46,471 nucleotides of DNA from a virus: IMG/VR virus record IMGVR_UViG_3300026522_000008, one strand, 5' to 3'. Below are positions 15,334-24,701 of the stretch, piece by piece (within the stretch, counting starts at the first letter, position 1; every line of letters starts with the position of its first letter). The notes beneath the pieces were generated by a model, which worked only from the letters and a program-made list of their open reading frames with translations, ran no database searches and was not told the DNA's origin. Made by a program: the position numbers and the translations under genes.

Positions 15334-15759
15334 TTAGCAGTTCGGGCAGCTCATGCACTTCCGAACCTGGGCGATGATTTGGGAGACGGTCATCGAGTCT
15401 CCGGATACTGAGAGCGTGATCTCCGGTGCGTGAATCGTGAGGTTTCCCTTTGCTAGCTCCATGAACGCGGTCCCGATGGCCGTGGCCACGAAGTCTTTTC
15501 TGTAGTAGCCAGCTCCGGATCCGGGCGGGGTGTTCTCTGCGTTCCAGTAAGTTCCGAGCGCGATTCCTGCAGCTTGTCCGTTTGATAAATGCAGGACGAG
15601 CACGTCCGCGCCGATCGGCGGCATCTCGTACTCGCAGTTAAATGTTGCAAACGGCAGGTCATCGGTGACAGTGTTGTCGAGGTCCGGGTAGACCACTTTG
15701 ATCATGCCGTGCTTGTAATCAATGGAGGAGACGTTTCCGATGCGTATGTTTCTATCCAT
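15334..15759 (-). CDS. Baseplate spike, gpV-like (141 aa)
   Basis: ATG at 15759 follows AAAAGGAGG. IRIGNVSSIDYKHGMIKVVYPDLDN...LPF is typical of the Phage_base_V OB-fold. The C-terminus carries a Cys motif, CMSCPNC. Confidence 0.75.
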   Translation of the reverse strand: MDRNIRIGNVSSIDYKHGMIKVVYPDLDNTVTDDLPFATFNCEYEMPPIGADVLVLHLSNGQAAGIALGTYWNAENTPPGSGAGYYRKDFVATAIGTAFMELAKGNLTIHAPEITLSVSGDSMTVSQIIAQVRKCMSCPNC

Positions 15760-15772
15760 TTTCTTCCTCCTT

Positions 15773-17074
15773 TTAATCGAATGTTCCTTCGTCGACCCAT
15801 CCGTAAACATTGGACGAGCCATCGACGTGAATCAGGTGCCAAGGGTGCGCGTGTCCGTTTCCTCTGCAGTTCGGTCCGAGGGTGATTCTTGCTTTTCCAG
15901 CTCTCGCATTGTATCCGCGGGCGGATGCGTAGCTTGATACGTAGTGCTTTCCTCCGTGGAAGTTCACGATGTCGCCCACCTTGTAGTCCTTCTTCTTTGC
16001 CGGCGCTGCGGCTGCCGGTTTCGGCGCAGGTGCTTTGCACTTCTTTTGGATTTTGTGGAGCGTGATTGACTGAGTCGTTCCGCTCCGCGGGTCCACTTTT
16101 GTCTTTACTTCATCGACGAAATACTTTGTATCGGCTTTTCCGAATCCCTCCAGCGTGATCACGATTCCTGCGACCAGCTTCGGGTTTGCCCAGACGGTTC
16201 CGGTCAGCGTGCAGGCTTTTTCGTTCGCGTTGTTCACGGCCGCCTGGATAATTGCTATGGCGTCCGATTCGTTCGCGGCCTGTTCCGAAACTTTAAGGGT
16301 ACGGGCCCCTGCGGCATTTTCTCCGGATCCGACGTAGACAGAGATTTCATTGTTTGTCGAACTCTTCTTTTTGCTGTTATTCGACTTGTAAGAGCACCGG
16401 CCTCCGGTGTAGGTATGTTCCAGTGTGTCGGTCCATTCCCAGTCGTCTCCGATAAAATCCGACCGGTGCAATGTCAGGACAGAGCTCTTTGCCTCGTACT
16501 CGTTCTTTCCGTACAGAATGATCTTCGTCTTGTAGATTTTCATTCCGAGTCCGTACTTTTTCGCGAGCTCGTATAAAAAATCCGAATCAGACCGGTCTGT
16601 CTGTTCCAGGGATTCGATTGCGTGGTTCGGGCCGTCGTAGGTGTACTTCAGTCCGTACTTCTTTGCAATCTCCGCGCCGATTTGTTTAATCGTCGTATTT
16701 TTCCATGTTTTGGTTCTGTTCGTTGTCTTGATAGACGAGTCTGTCGGCAGGCTGATTCCTTCAAGGTCTGCCGTCAGTGGTCCTCCGCTCATCTTCATGG
16801 AATCCAGGAGGAAATCTCCGCAGTCAAGGTTTCGATTGTCTCCTTCCTGATTCCAGTCGGTGAACTTAATTTTTGCCGTTATCCTGTCTCCCTTTTTCGG
16901 AAGCCAGGCCTTCATCCACTTCATGTTCTCGTTGTAAACCGTGAGGGCGATGGTGTCGCTCGCTCCGGATGCCACATCATCGTAGCTGAACGATTCGAGG
17001 TAGTCCGCGAGGGAAGTGTTCACGTCTTTGCCATTGAAGTGGAGGTCCGGGACGGCTCGCCTTGCTTTGCTCAT
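15773..17074 (-). CDS. Late-control gene D-like baseplate hub protein with extra C-terminal domain (433 aa)
   Basis: Position and length match P2 gpD / XkdQ. The family-like block reads SDSDFLYELAKKYGLGMKIY. After a Pro/Ala linker, a roughly 75-aa C-terminal domain follows. Confidence 0.75.
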   Translation of the reverse strand: MSKARRAVPDLHFNGKDVNTSLADYLESFSYDDVASGASDTIALTVYNENMKWMKAWLPKKGDRITAKIKFTDWNQEGDNRNLDCGDFLLDSMKMSGGPLTADLEGISLPTDSSIKTTNRTKTWKNTTIKQIGAEIAKKYGLKYTYDGPNHAIESLEQTDRSDSDFLYELAKKYGLGMKIYKTKIILYGKNEYEAKSSVLTLHRSDFIGDDWEWTDTLEHTYTGGRCSYKSNNSKKKSSTNNEISVYVGSGENAAGARTLKVSEQAANESDAIAIIQAAVNNANEKACTLTGTVWANPKLVAGIVITLEGFGKADTKYFVDEVKTKVDPRSGTTQSITLHKIQKKCKAPAPKPAAAAPAKKKDYKVGDIVNFHGGKHYVSSYASARGYNARAGKARITLGPNCRGNGHAHPWHLIHVDGSSNVYGWVDEGTFD

Positions 17075-17319
17075 TCCTCATCCTCCGCTCCGGCGATTCC
17101 GGCGTCGTAATCATCCGAAGATCTCCACGGCGGGAGACCTTCGGTGTCTTTTTCTGAAATGTCCGGGATATTGATCTCCGTCCCGGCGGAGAAGACGAGC
17201 GTGCTGATCAGAGGCCAGTTGGCCTCGATCAGTTGCTTCATGTATTTCTCGTCTCCGAGTTGTGAGAAGGCGATCTTGTCCCAGGTGTCGCCTTGCTCTG
17301 TGTAGTAAGTGCTCGCCAT
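17071..17319 (-). CDS. Tail protein X-like (LysM-like, 82 aa)
   Basis: YYTEQGDTWDKIAFSQLGDEKYMKQLIEAN...GTEINIP matches the gpX / XkdP LysM-like pattern. ATGA coupling links it to the D-like gene. Confidence 0.75.
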   Translation of the reverse strand: MASTYYTEQGDTWDKIAFSQLGDEKYMKQLIEANWPLISTLVFSAGTEINIPDISEKDTEGLPPWRSSDDYDAGIAGAEDEE

Positions 17320-17334
17320 CAGATTCCGCCTCCT

Positions 17335-20300
17335 TTATGCGAATGCCCGACGGCCTTCCGTCCGCAGGTACTCGCGCATCATCTTCTTGAAGTCTTCCTG
17401 GCTCATCTTGTTCGCCTGGACCATGTCTTCCTTGGACGGGGCTCCGCCCTCGAAGCGATAGGTTGGACTGAATACAAAGGTTTCGCCTCCGGTCGACTGT
17501 TGTTTCTGGGTTCCGGCTCCGCCGCCAGCCATTCGGTTCACGGTGTCCGGGATAACGCTTGAGCTTGCGTTCTGATCGAACGTCGGGGTCTCAAGCACGG
17601 CGCTCTGCGATGCCTGCGCGGCTATCGGCTGAGCGAGGTATTTGCTTGCGCTGTTCTGAACCAGTCCGGTTTCGTTCTTCAAACCTTCCGCGAGGCCCAT
17701 GCCTGCGAACTGTCCGGATTGCATCAAAACCTTAGACGGCGAGTGAATTTTCAGCGCGGAGTTGACTGTCGATGCCACCTGGTTCGCGATGTTCCGGGCT
17801 TGCGCTATTGCGCTTGCTCCGGCGCTTGCGATTCCGGCTCTGAGTCCGTTCATCGCCTGAGAACCTGCCGAGAACATGGATCCGTAAAGTCCCGCGAATG
17901 CGGAGACCATTTGCGCCGCGGTGCTCCGGCATGCTGCCGTTGCCTGCGAGCCTCCGGATCTTATTGCTGCGACGAATGCGACCATAGCCGCCGTCACGGT
18001 TGCGTTCATCTGGGTCATTCCACTCTGAGTTGCCGTGTTCATCTGCGTCACGCCTTGCTGAGTTGCTGCCGTGCTCTGCGTCATGGCGTTCTGAATTGCA
18101 AGGACAAATTGCTGCATTGCCATCGCCGCGGCTGGTCCCATCTGGCCGAGCATTGCGACCGAAACAATCAACGATGCGGAAAGTGCCGCCATTCCGGCTG
18201 CCGCGGTGATCGTTGCTCCGGAGAATACCAGCATTGCCGTTGCCGCCATCGCAAGCGGAACTGCCGCCGCGGTCACATTTGCGGAGAACGGCAGGATTGC
18301 TGCCGCCAGCATGGTAAACGCTGCAGCCGCCGGTGTTGCTACTGCCGGCAGCCCTGTCAGTGCCATTTTCAGAAGTGCGATGCTTCCGCTTGTTAGAGTC
18401 AGGGCTCCGGAAAAAAGAGCGACCGCTGCCGCCAGCGCGGTGAATGCCGCCGCGCCTCCGAGAGTTGCAGCTGCAAGTGCCGCCATTCCGGCTGCCGTTG
18501 CTACGGCTACTGCCGCGAGCGGTGTTAAGGCCGCCGCAAGCGGTACGGCTCCGGCTGCGATGACAGCCATCTTTGCCGCGGTTCCTGCTGCTCCCGATGC
18601 GAGGGATTTCAGAGCCGATCCGGCCGCCTTGGCGCTTCCTTCAATCGTTACGACTGAGGCTGCGACAATTGCCGCTGCCGCTGCGAGCGGAACCATTCCG
18701 GCTGCCGCCGCTACGGTTCCGGCTGCGAGGACGACCATTGCTGCTCCAAGTGCGAGTGTTGGCGCTGCCGCTGCGAGGGAAGCTGCCGCGAACGGGATAA
18801 ATGCCGCGGTCAACATTGTCATCGGCGCTGCCGCTGTTATGGCTCCAGCTGAGAACATTCGGATTGCTGCGGAAAGCGCGAGAAGTGCCGCACTTCCTAC
18901 TGCCGCTCCGGCTGCGATCAGCGCCGTTGCCGCTGCGAGGATCGCTGCCGCCGCTCCGGCCGCTATGATTCCAGCCGCGGCTGCGAGTGCTCCGGCTGCG
19001 AGTGCAGCCATTGCCGCCGCTGCCGCGATAGCTCCTGCGCTTCCTACCGCTGCCATTGCTCCGAATGCGGTTATTGCCGCCCCGAGCGTCAAAAGCGCAG
19101 CCGCCGCGGAAGGTCCCGCGGAGCTGATCAGCGGAAGGCTTGACGCCATCAGGGTGATACCGGCACTTGCGAGCGCGACTCCAGCTCCGACCATTGTAAT
19201 CGCAGCTCCAAAGGCAAGCATCCCTGGCGTTGCCACCAGAAGTGCCGGTCCGAGCAGTGCAAAAACTCCGGCGAGTGCGGCGATGCCTACGGCCATTGCA
19301 GCCATGGCTACTTGCGCTCCGGTTCCGGCCTGTGAGAGCTGAATTGCCGAATTAGCAAGCAGGGCGAATCCTGCAGATGCCATCAGGATTGCAGCTCCGA
19401 ATGCGAGAAGCCCTGCAGCTCCAGCTGTGAGCGCCGGTCCCAATGCTCCGGCTACTGCAAGGAGTGCGATCATTCCGCCTTCCATTAATGCGAGCGCTGC
19501 AAATGCAGCAGGCCCAGCTGCCGCTACCTGTGTTGCCGCCATAGCCATGAGGCTCATGCCTCCAGCCGCCATCAATACGGCGCCTCCGAAGGCGAGAAGT
19601 CCTGTCGCTCCGGCTGTGAGTTGTGGTCCGAGCGCTCCGGCGATTGCCATAAGCGCTGCGATTCCTCCGGTCATCAACGCAAGCGAACCGACCGCGAGTG
19701 GTCCGGCATTTGCTAACTGAATAGCCGCGAGGGTCATTAATGCCATGCCTCCGGCCGCCATCAGGATTGCTCCGCCCAATGCCAGGAGTCCGGTTGCGGA
19801 TCCTTGGACTGTCGGGGCGAGTTGTGCGATGACCGCCATGAATGCCGCGAGCCCGATTCCGAGTCCGACCAGCGCGATTTGTGCCTGCGGTCCCGCCTTG
19901 GCGATATCCTTTGCCGCCTGGACGAGGATCCATGCTCCAGCTGCAGCCAGTGCAAGTCCTCCACCGAATCCGAGCGCGTTCTTTGCTGCCGCACTCATCG
20001 CTGTAGATGCCTGGGATGTCGGTGCGGCTACTCCTTTTGCCTTGCTGACAAGATTTCCGATAGCTCCGCCGACTTTTCCGAACACTCCGACGATGCTTCC
20101 GGCAATTTTGAAAAGTCGCCCGACGATTAAGAGAACCGGTCCGGCTGCCGCGGCCATCATCACCCATTTGACGATGTTTTTCTGCATCGCCGGGTCGAGG
20201 CCGTTGAATTTATCAATGAGCCCGGTGATCTTGTCTACGAAAGGCTGTAAAACTTCGCCCACAATTCCGCCGACGTTGTATTTCAAAACGTCGAAGGAAG

Positions 20301-21354
20301 AGCTTAATTTTTCAAGCGATCCACCCATTCCGGACATGAGGGCGTCCGCCATGCTCTGCGAAGCTCCAGCTGCGTCGTTCAGCGACGCACTGTACTTTTG
20401 TACTTGCTCCGGGCTCGCATTGATCAGTGCCATCCACTTTTCCATCTGGTTTTTTCCGAAGATTGCGGATGCTGCCTGCAGCTGTTCTTCCTGCGTCAAA
20501 CCTGCGAATGCATTGTGCAGCTGTTCCTGGACGTTGACCATGCTCTTCATGGTTCCGTCCGCGTTGAAAATGTTCAGCCCGAGCTTTTTCATCCACACGG
20601 CTCCGTCTTTTGCCGGGGACGCCAGTCTTGCGAGTCCGGTCTTCAGGGCTGTAGCTCCTTCGGATCCGCTGATTCCCGCGTCGCCCAGAACATCGGTAAT
20701 CGTTGCGAGGTCTTGCATGTTCCATCCGACCTTTGCGACGATTGGTCCCGCGGTTGCCATTGCTTCGAACAAGTCCGATGTGGTCGTGTTCGCCTGAGCC
20801 TGCGCCTTTGCCAGAATGTCTGCAGCTGTCGTTGCATAGTCAGAATTCTTACCGAACATTTTCAGCGCGTTTCCGAGTCCACTGGTTACTTCCGACAGGT
20901 CTGTTTCGGTTCCGGCTGCAAGGTTTAAGGCTGGAGTGATCATGTTTCCTGCTTCGGCCGCGGTGAAACCTTGGCGGGCGAAGTTCAGGGTGGCGTCAGC
21001 TGCGTCCTGCATTCCGAATACGGAATTGGCAGCGGCTGTCTTGAGCGATGCGGCCAGCTTTGCCGCTTCTTCGTCCGTGGATCCCATTGTTGCCTGAACG
21101 AGTCGCAGGGTTTTGTCCACGTCTCCGAATTCCTTCACGCTGGTTCCGGCGAGGCCGACGATCGGCATCGTGACTCCGGCCGTGAGGCTGGTTCCTACTG
21201 TCGTGAGGGTATTTCCGATGGTGGTTAATCCCTGCGAGATCGACTGGCTTTTGCTTAATCCCTGTAGCTGCTTCTGCGCTCCGGAAATGGCGGAAGAGAG
21301 GGATTTATCAAGTTGTCCGGCGATCTTTATCGCGATTTCATATTCACTTGCCAT
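17335..21354 (-). CDS. Tail tape measure protein (1339 aa) with long uncharged Ala/Gly/Leu/Met repeat core
   Basis: It is the largest gene and lies after the chaperone pair. The N-terminal TP901-type TMP domain reads NFARQGFTAAEAGNMITPALNLAAGT. The central part holds at least 4 tandem units of about 63 aa. Confidence 0.92.
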   Translation of the reverse strand: MASEYEIAIKIAGQLDKSLSSAISGAQKQLQGLSKSQSISQGLTTIGNTLTTVGTSLTAGVTMPIVGLAGTSVKEFGDVDKTLRLVQATMGSTDEEAAKLAASLKTAAANSVFGMQDAADATLNFARQGFTAAEAGNMITPALNLAAGTETDLSEVTSGLGNALKMFGKNSDYATTAADILAKAQAQANTTTSDLFEAMATAGPIVAKVGWNMQDLATITDVLGDAGISGSEGATALKTGLARLASPAKDGAVWMKKLGLNIFNADGTMKSMVNVQEQLHNAFAGLTQEEQLQAASAIFGKNQMEKWMALINASPEQVQKYSASLNDAAGASQSMADALMSGMGGSLEKLSSSFDVLKYNVGGIVGEVLQPFVDKITGLIDKFNGLDPAMQKNIVKWVMMAAAAGPVLLIVGRLFKIAGSIVGVFGKVGGAIGNLVSKAKGVAAPTSQASTAMSAAAKNALGFGGGLALAAAGAWILVQAAKDIAKAGPQAQIALVGLGIGLAAFMAVIAQLAPTVQGSATGLLALGGAILMAAGGMALMTLAAIQLANAGPLAVGSLALMTGGIAALMAIAGALGPQLTAGATGLLAFGGAVLMAAGGMSLMAMAATQVAAAGPAAFAALALMEGGMIALLAVAGALGPALTAGAAGLLAFGAAILMASAGFALLANSAIQLSQAGTGAQVAMAAMAVGIAALAGVFALLGPALLVATPGMLAFGAAITMVGAGVALASAGITLMASSLPLISSAGPSAAAALLTLGAAITAFGAMAAVGSAGAIAAAAAMAALAAGALAAAAGIIAAGAAAAILAAATALIAAGAAVGSAALLALSAAIRMFSAGAITAAAPMTMLTAAFIPFAAASLAAAAPTLALGAAMVVLAAGTVAAAAGMVPLAAAAAIVAASVVTIEGSAKAAGSALKSLASGAAGTAAKMAVIAAGAVPLAAALTPLAAVAVATAAGMAALAAATLGGAAAFTALAAAVALFSGALTLTSGSIALLKMALTGLPAVATPAAAAFTMLAAAILPFSANVTAAAVPLAMAATAMLVFSGATITAAAGMAALSASLIVSVAMLGQMGPAAAMAMQQFVLAIQNAMTQSTAATQQGVTQMNTATQSGMTQMNATVTAAMVAFVAAIRSGGSQATAACRSTAAQMVSAFAGLYGSMFSAGSQAMNGLRAGIASAGASAIAQARNIANQVASTVNSALKIHSPSKVLMQSGQFAGMGLAEGLKNETGLVQNSASKYLAQPIAAQASQSAVLETPTFDQNASSSVIPDTVNRMAGGGAGTQKQQSTGGETFVFSPTYRFEGGAPSKEDMVQANKMSQEDFKKMMREYLRTEGRRAFA

Positions 21355-21840
21355 ATTTTCTGCGTTCCTCCCTTGTCACTTCTTTCAAGTCCTCGCAGAG
21401 GTCTATCAGGTCAAAAATTCTCATGTTTAAAAAATAATCAATGCCTGAATTTAAATTCAAACTTAAAGTCAGGCAACACTTCCGGACGTCCGCGAAGTCT
21501 GCGGGGTTTAATCCTCGCCGTATAAAAAATTTGTCACACGGTTTTTCACCTTGAGGGAGTCCTTTGCCTTCAGCTGCTGGAAAAATTCAAGCGGAAGGTG
21601 AGAAACGCTCGCGGCCAGAATGATTGCGTATTCCAGGGTAATCTCCGGAACCGTCGCGAGGTTTCCGTTCGTCGTGAATACCTTGTTTGCCTTGACGAGG
21701 TCATCGGCGGTAAGGTCCTCAAGTCCGGAAAGATCAACCTCTTTGATTTTTCTTCCTTCAAATTCGTATTCTTTTGAAAAAACGGCTTTCAGGGAGTCGT
21801 CTTCTTTTTTCTGGATTTCTATGATTTTGGAATCTGCCAT
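21344..21840 (-). CDS. Tail assembly chaperone, -1 frameshifted long form (about 165 aa)
   Basis: The slippery heptamer T_TTT_TTA lies in the zero frame (AAT TTT TTA) 5 codons before the stop. The -1 frame stays open for 59 codons (IRRGLNPADF...EERRKYGK) and ends at 21344, just inside the tape measure start. Arithmetic: 497 nt + 1 = 166 codons. Confidence 0.75.
21508..21840 (-). CDS. Tail assembly chaperone, short form (110 aa)
   Basis: ATG at 21840 follows GGAGG. The gene sits between the tube and tape measure genes, as for gpE/gpG-type chaperones. Confidence 0.8.
   Translation of the reverse strand: MADSKIIEIQKKEDDSLKAVFSKEYEFEGRKIKEVDLSGLEDLTADDLVKANKVFTTNGNLATVPEITLEYAIILAASVSHLPLEFFQQLKAKDSLKVKNRVTNFLYGED
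21523..21529 (-). promoter_or_regulatory. Programmed -1 ribosomal frameshift slippery site TTTTTTA
   Basis: Read directly on the minus strand: cgt gtg aca aat ttt tta tac ggc gag gat taa. Confidence 0.75.
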
Positions 21841-21925
21841 TTTGTTTTCCTCCGATATGAAAAACAAGCGGCCGGGCCTTTTAAGCCACGGCCGCCAGCT
21901 CATGCTTGTGCTTCCTTCTTTGGTA

Positions 21926-22444
21926 TCAGCACTGTGATCTGATGTCGGCCATGAGGTCTACTCCGCGTACCTTGTACACGAAGTTCAGCTTGTCGAGCTC
22001 GACGAGCTCTTCGTTGTTTACCTCGATCTTGATGTACAGGATTTCGAGCTCTACCTCCGGCTCCATCTTTTTGCCCTTCTGCATTGAGCCGTTGGTGATT
22101 GTCTTCGCTTTTCCGCGGAGGACCACCTTGCACGGCTGGTAGACCGTCTTTCCGGTGGACGGATCAATGACCTGCTCTGAACCTCTGAGGGTCAGGAGGG
22201 CAGATTCGTTCACGTTGCAGATGTCGTACACGGATGTGTGCAAGATCGCAAAAGGGATTTTTACAGTCATTGACTCGAACTGGCCGGTCGCCGGGTCCTC
22301 GATTTCACCGAGGACTCCGGTTCCCTCCAGTGTGTCTGTGATGGACGAAAACTCCGGAAGTTCAACCTCTCCAGAAACGCCCACCAGTTTTTCGGCTGAG
22401 TTGTAAACGTTGTAGTGGTTCAAAAGGGAAGGGATTTCTGCCAT
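21926..22444 (-). CDS. Tail tube protein (P2 FII-like, 172 aa)
   Basis: TAATG overlap with the sheath gene. Size and position are typical of contractile-tail tube proteins. Confidence 0.8.
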   Translation of the reverse strand: MAEIPSLLNHYNVYNSAEKLVGVSGEVELPEFSSITDTLEGTGVLGEIEDPATGQFESMTVKIPFAILHTSVYDICNVNESALLTLRGSEQVIDPSTGKTVYQPCKVVLRGKAKTITNGSMQKGKKMEPEVELEILYIKIEVNNEELVELDKLNFVYKVRGVDLMADIRSQC

Positions 22445-23898
22445 TATGAATTACCTCCTAACGCTGCCTGCAGGGTGTCGATGTCGTAATTGATCACGTT
22501 TTCGATATCCTGTGCAGGTGTGTATGGTGCGATGTGCTGTCTGAACGTAATCTTGCCGGCGAGGATGTCCGTGATCGGGTTGTCGTCGCTTCGGTATTCG
22601 ATGGACGCTCCGGCCCACTTGTCCGGTGCATATGAATTGCAGCGGATGTTCTCGCTGTCGACAATGTTCTGAATCAGGATCTGGTTCATCGGGTTATCCA
22701 CTTTGCTGAAGTAGGTATTGATGAAGTTGTTTCCTTGCCAGTTGAACATGCAGCGAACCGGCAGCCAGATGTCTTTCGCGTCTCCGCTTGACGGGTAGGC
22801 GTTGGTGTAGTTGCCCCAGAGTCTCCAGCCGTCCTGGTTCAGGGCGGTGATAATTCCGTAGCCATTCACGGTGTTCGCCTGGTCCTGATCGAGCAGGACT
22901 TCGGTTCCGTCTGCGAGGCACTCTCCGGTTGTTCCCATCATATGGTTGGACGGGCTTGCGGACGGTACGTCGTCGTTTCCTGCGTCGAGGTACTGCTTCA
23001 GGCAAGCTGCGACTGCACTCTTTGCGAAGATGTACTCTCCGATTCGGCTGCAAGGCCAGAAGGACGCGCTGAACGGAGAAGTGTATCCGCTGTCTTCCTT
23101 CACCTGCTTTGTGTCGGTGTACTTCTTTGCCTTCGTGGTGTCGATATCAAGGAATGCCATAGCCTTGTAGACGCCATTGGTCAGGGTGGCCTTCGCGGTG
23201 AGCGCGAGGCCGACTTCCGGAATCTGGGACCAGCCCGGCGCGAGGATAATTCCAGGCACGATTCCGAGCTTAGGGTAAACCTGGCGGATGACCTGGATTC
23301 CTGTCTCTTTTCCGGTGTCCGGATCCACTGCCCCGATGATATCGGTCTTGGTGACCTTGGCCGGGTCGAGGGCGGTTGCTGCGGCTGTGACAGTTGTCGC
23401 GTCTGCGAGCTTTCCTCCGGCCACGAGGGTGACCACTGCGTATCCGGTCTCTGCGTCGAATGAAACGGTGTAGTCCGTTCCATATGTTCCGGTTGTATCT
23501 GTTCCGCTCTTCACGGTGACGGTATCACGCAGGACGCCTTCCTCTTCAATGGTGAACTGCTTCTTGTTCACCTGGTAGCTCTTGCTCGCGATATCCTTGG
23601 TGTGCTTCGCCGGGTCCAGGACGTTAATGAAAACAATCGGGCCGACCGGGAACGCGTTCGCGGCCAGGTACATCGACTGGCAAAGGGTGAACTTTGAAAA
23701 ATCGGAAGAATAGCCGAGCTCCGTCTCTGCTTCCGTTGCGGAATTTGCGAGAATCGGAACGTTTACAGCCGCTGCGGGGTCTTCCGCCATGTTGACGGGA
23801 GCGGTTCCGACGATGACCTGAACTGAAGACGAGCCTGTCTTCGGAACGGTTACGGCTGTGGCTTCTTCCTGGATATAAATGCCATGCTTTATAGCCAT
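22444..23898 (-). CDS. Tail sheath protein (484 aa)
   Basis: The N-terminus MAIKHGIYIQEEATAVTVPKTGSSSVQVIVGTAPV is the characteristic sheath start. Size and gene order agree. Confidence 0.88.
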   Translation of the reverse strand: MAIKHGIYIQEEATAVTVPKTGSSSVQVIVGTAPVNMAEDPAAAVNVPILANSATEAETELGYSSDFSKFTLCQSMYLAANAFPVGPIVFINVLDPAKHTKDIASKSYQVNKKQFTIEEEGVLRDTVTVKSGTDTTGTYGTDYTVSFDAETGYAVVTLVAGGKLADATTVTAAATALDPAKVTKTDIIGAVDPDTGKETGIQVIRQVYPKLGIVPGIILAPGWSQIPEVGLALTAKATLTNGVYKAMAFLDIDTTKAKKYTDTKQVKEDSGYTSPFSASFWPCSRIGEYIFAKSAVAACLKQYLDAGNDDVPSASPSNHMMGTTGECLADGTEVLLDQDQANTVNGYGIITALNQDGWRLWGNYTNAYPSSGDAKDIWLPVRCMFNWQGNNFINTYFSKVDNPMNQILIQNIVDSENIRCNSYAPDKWAGASIEYRSDDNPITDILAGKITFRQHIAPYTPAQDIENVINYDIDTLQAALGGNS

Positions 23899-23901
23899 CT
23901 T

Positions 23902-24216
23902 TTATGCCTCCTTCTTTTCTCTTAATTTCCACGCTTCCTTGTAGGCTTCGTAAACGTAGCCCTTCTGGGAGCGGATCATCTCATCGGCGGCTCCGTACTC
24001 TCTCACGGGTACGAAAAGGTTCAGGAACTGCGGAGCGTTTGCTCTGATTTCCTTTGCCTGCGTCGGGATGGTTGTGTATACGGTTCCGTATGTGGCCACG
24101 CCTTTAATGGTCGGGCCTACGTACATGACCGGTTCTGGTTTCGCCTCCGGTTTTACTGCCGGAGCTTTTGTTGCGGTTGTCTCAGCAGCCGCAGTCTTTT
24201 TGTTTGTGTCGCTCAT
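23902..24216 (-). CDS. Hypothetical structural protein (104 aa)
   Basis: 4-nt overlap coupling with the upstream gene, in the neck/tail region. Confidence 0.65.
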   Translation of the reverse strand: MSDTNKKTAAAETTATKAPAVKPEAKPEPVMYVGPTIKGVATYGTVYTTIPTQAKEIRANAPQFLNLFVPVREYGAADEMIRSQKGYVYEAYKEAWKLREKKEA

Positions 24217-24698
24217 GCGTACTCATCGCTCCTTCCTTGTTTCGGCACCAGAAAGTGCATTTCTATGCCTCCAAAATAAAACGGGTATGTGTCCTCATCG
24301 AGGAGTTCCCAGTCCATTTTCTGTCGCGCCCTGAAGGCGTTATCGAGGAGCGGGTACTCCGTGAATCGATCGGTGATTTTCTGGATCATGGTCAGCAGCT
24401 GCCGGTGTCCTTTGCCTTCCTTCGAATCATCAAAGACTCCGAGCTGGATGATTACTGAAACGCTCCAGGCGTCGTACTCATCCTCTTCGGCTTCCGAATC
24501 AAGGGAGCCATTCTCCAACTGCACGATAAAATACGGGAAGAACTGAGAGGCTTCCTCTTCGTCTTCCGTCAGCTTCGGCAGCCGCTGTTCATATCCAGTT
24601 ATTTCTGCGTTCTCTCCGGACGAGTTCTTCAGCTCAACTCCGGCCAGAATGTTTGCGATTTCTTTCAGCAGGGATTGCTGCAGATCAAAAGCTGTCAC
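24213..24698 (-). CDS. Hypothetical neck/tail-terminator candidate (161 aa)
   Basis: It lies between the gpZ-like and sheath genes. No family recognised. Confidence 0.65.
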   Translation of the reverse strand: MTAFDLQQSLLKEIANILAGVELKNSSGENAEITGYEQRLPKLTEDEEEASQFFPYFIVQLENGSLDSEAEEDEYDAWSVSVIIQLGVFDDSKEGKGHRQLLTMIQKITDRFTEYPLLDNAFRARQKMDWELLDEDTYPFYFGGIEMHFLVPKQGRSDEYA

Positions 24699-24701
24699 GC
24701 A

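Noticed and set aside
18206-19342. Long plus-strand ORFs (378 aa here; also 19745..20797, 19427..19720 and others) antisense to the tape measure gene
   Set aside because: They are by-products of the GC-rich Ala-codon repeats of the tape measure gene. They translate to low-complexity Ala/Pro/Arg strings, have no RBS, and every neighbouring gene is on the other strand.
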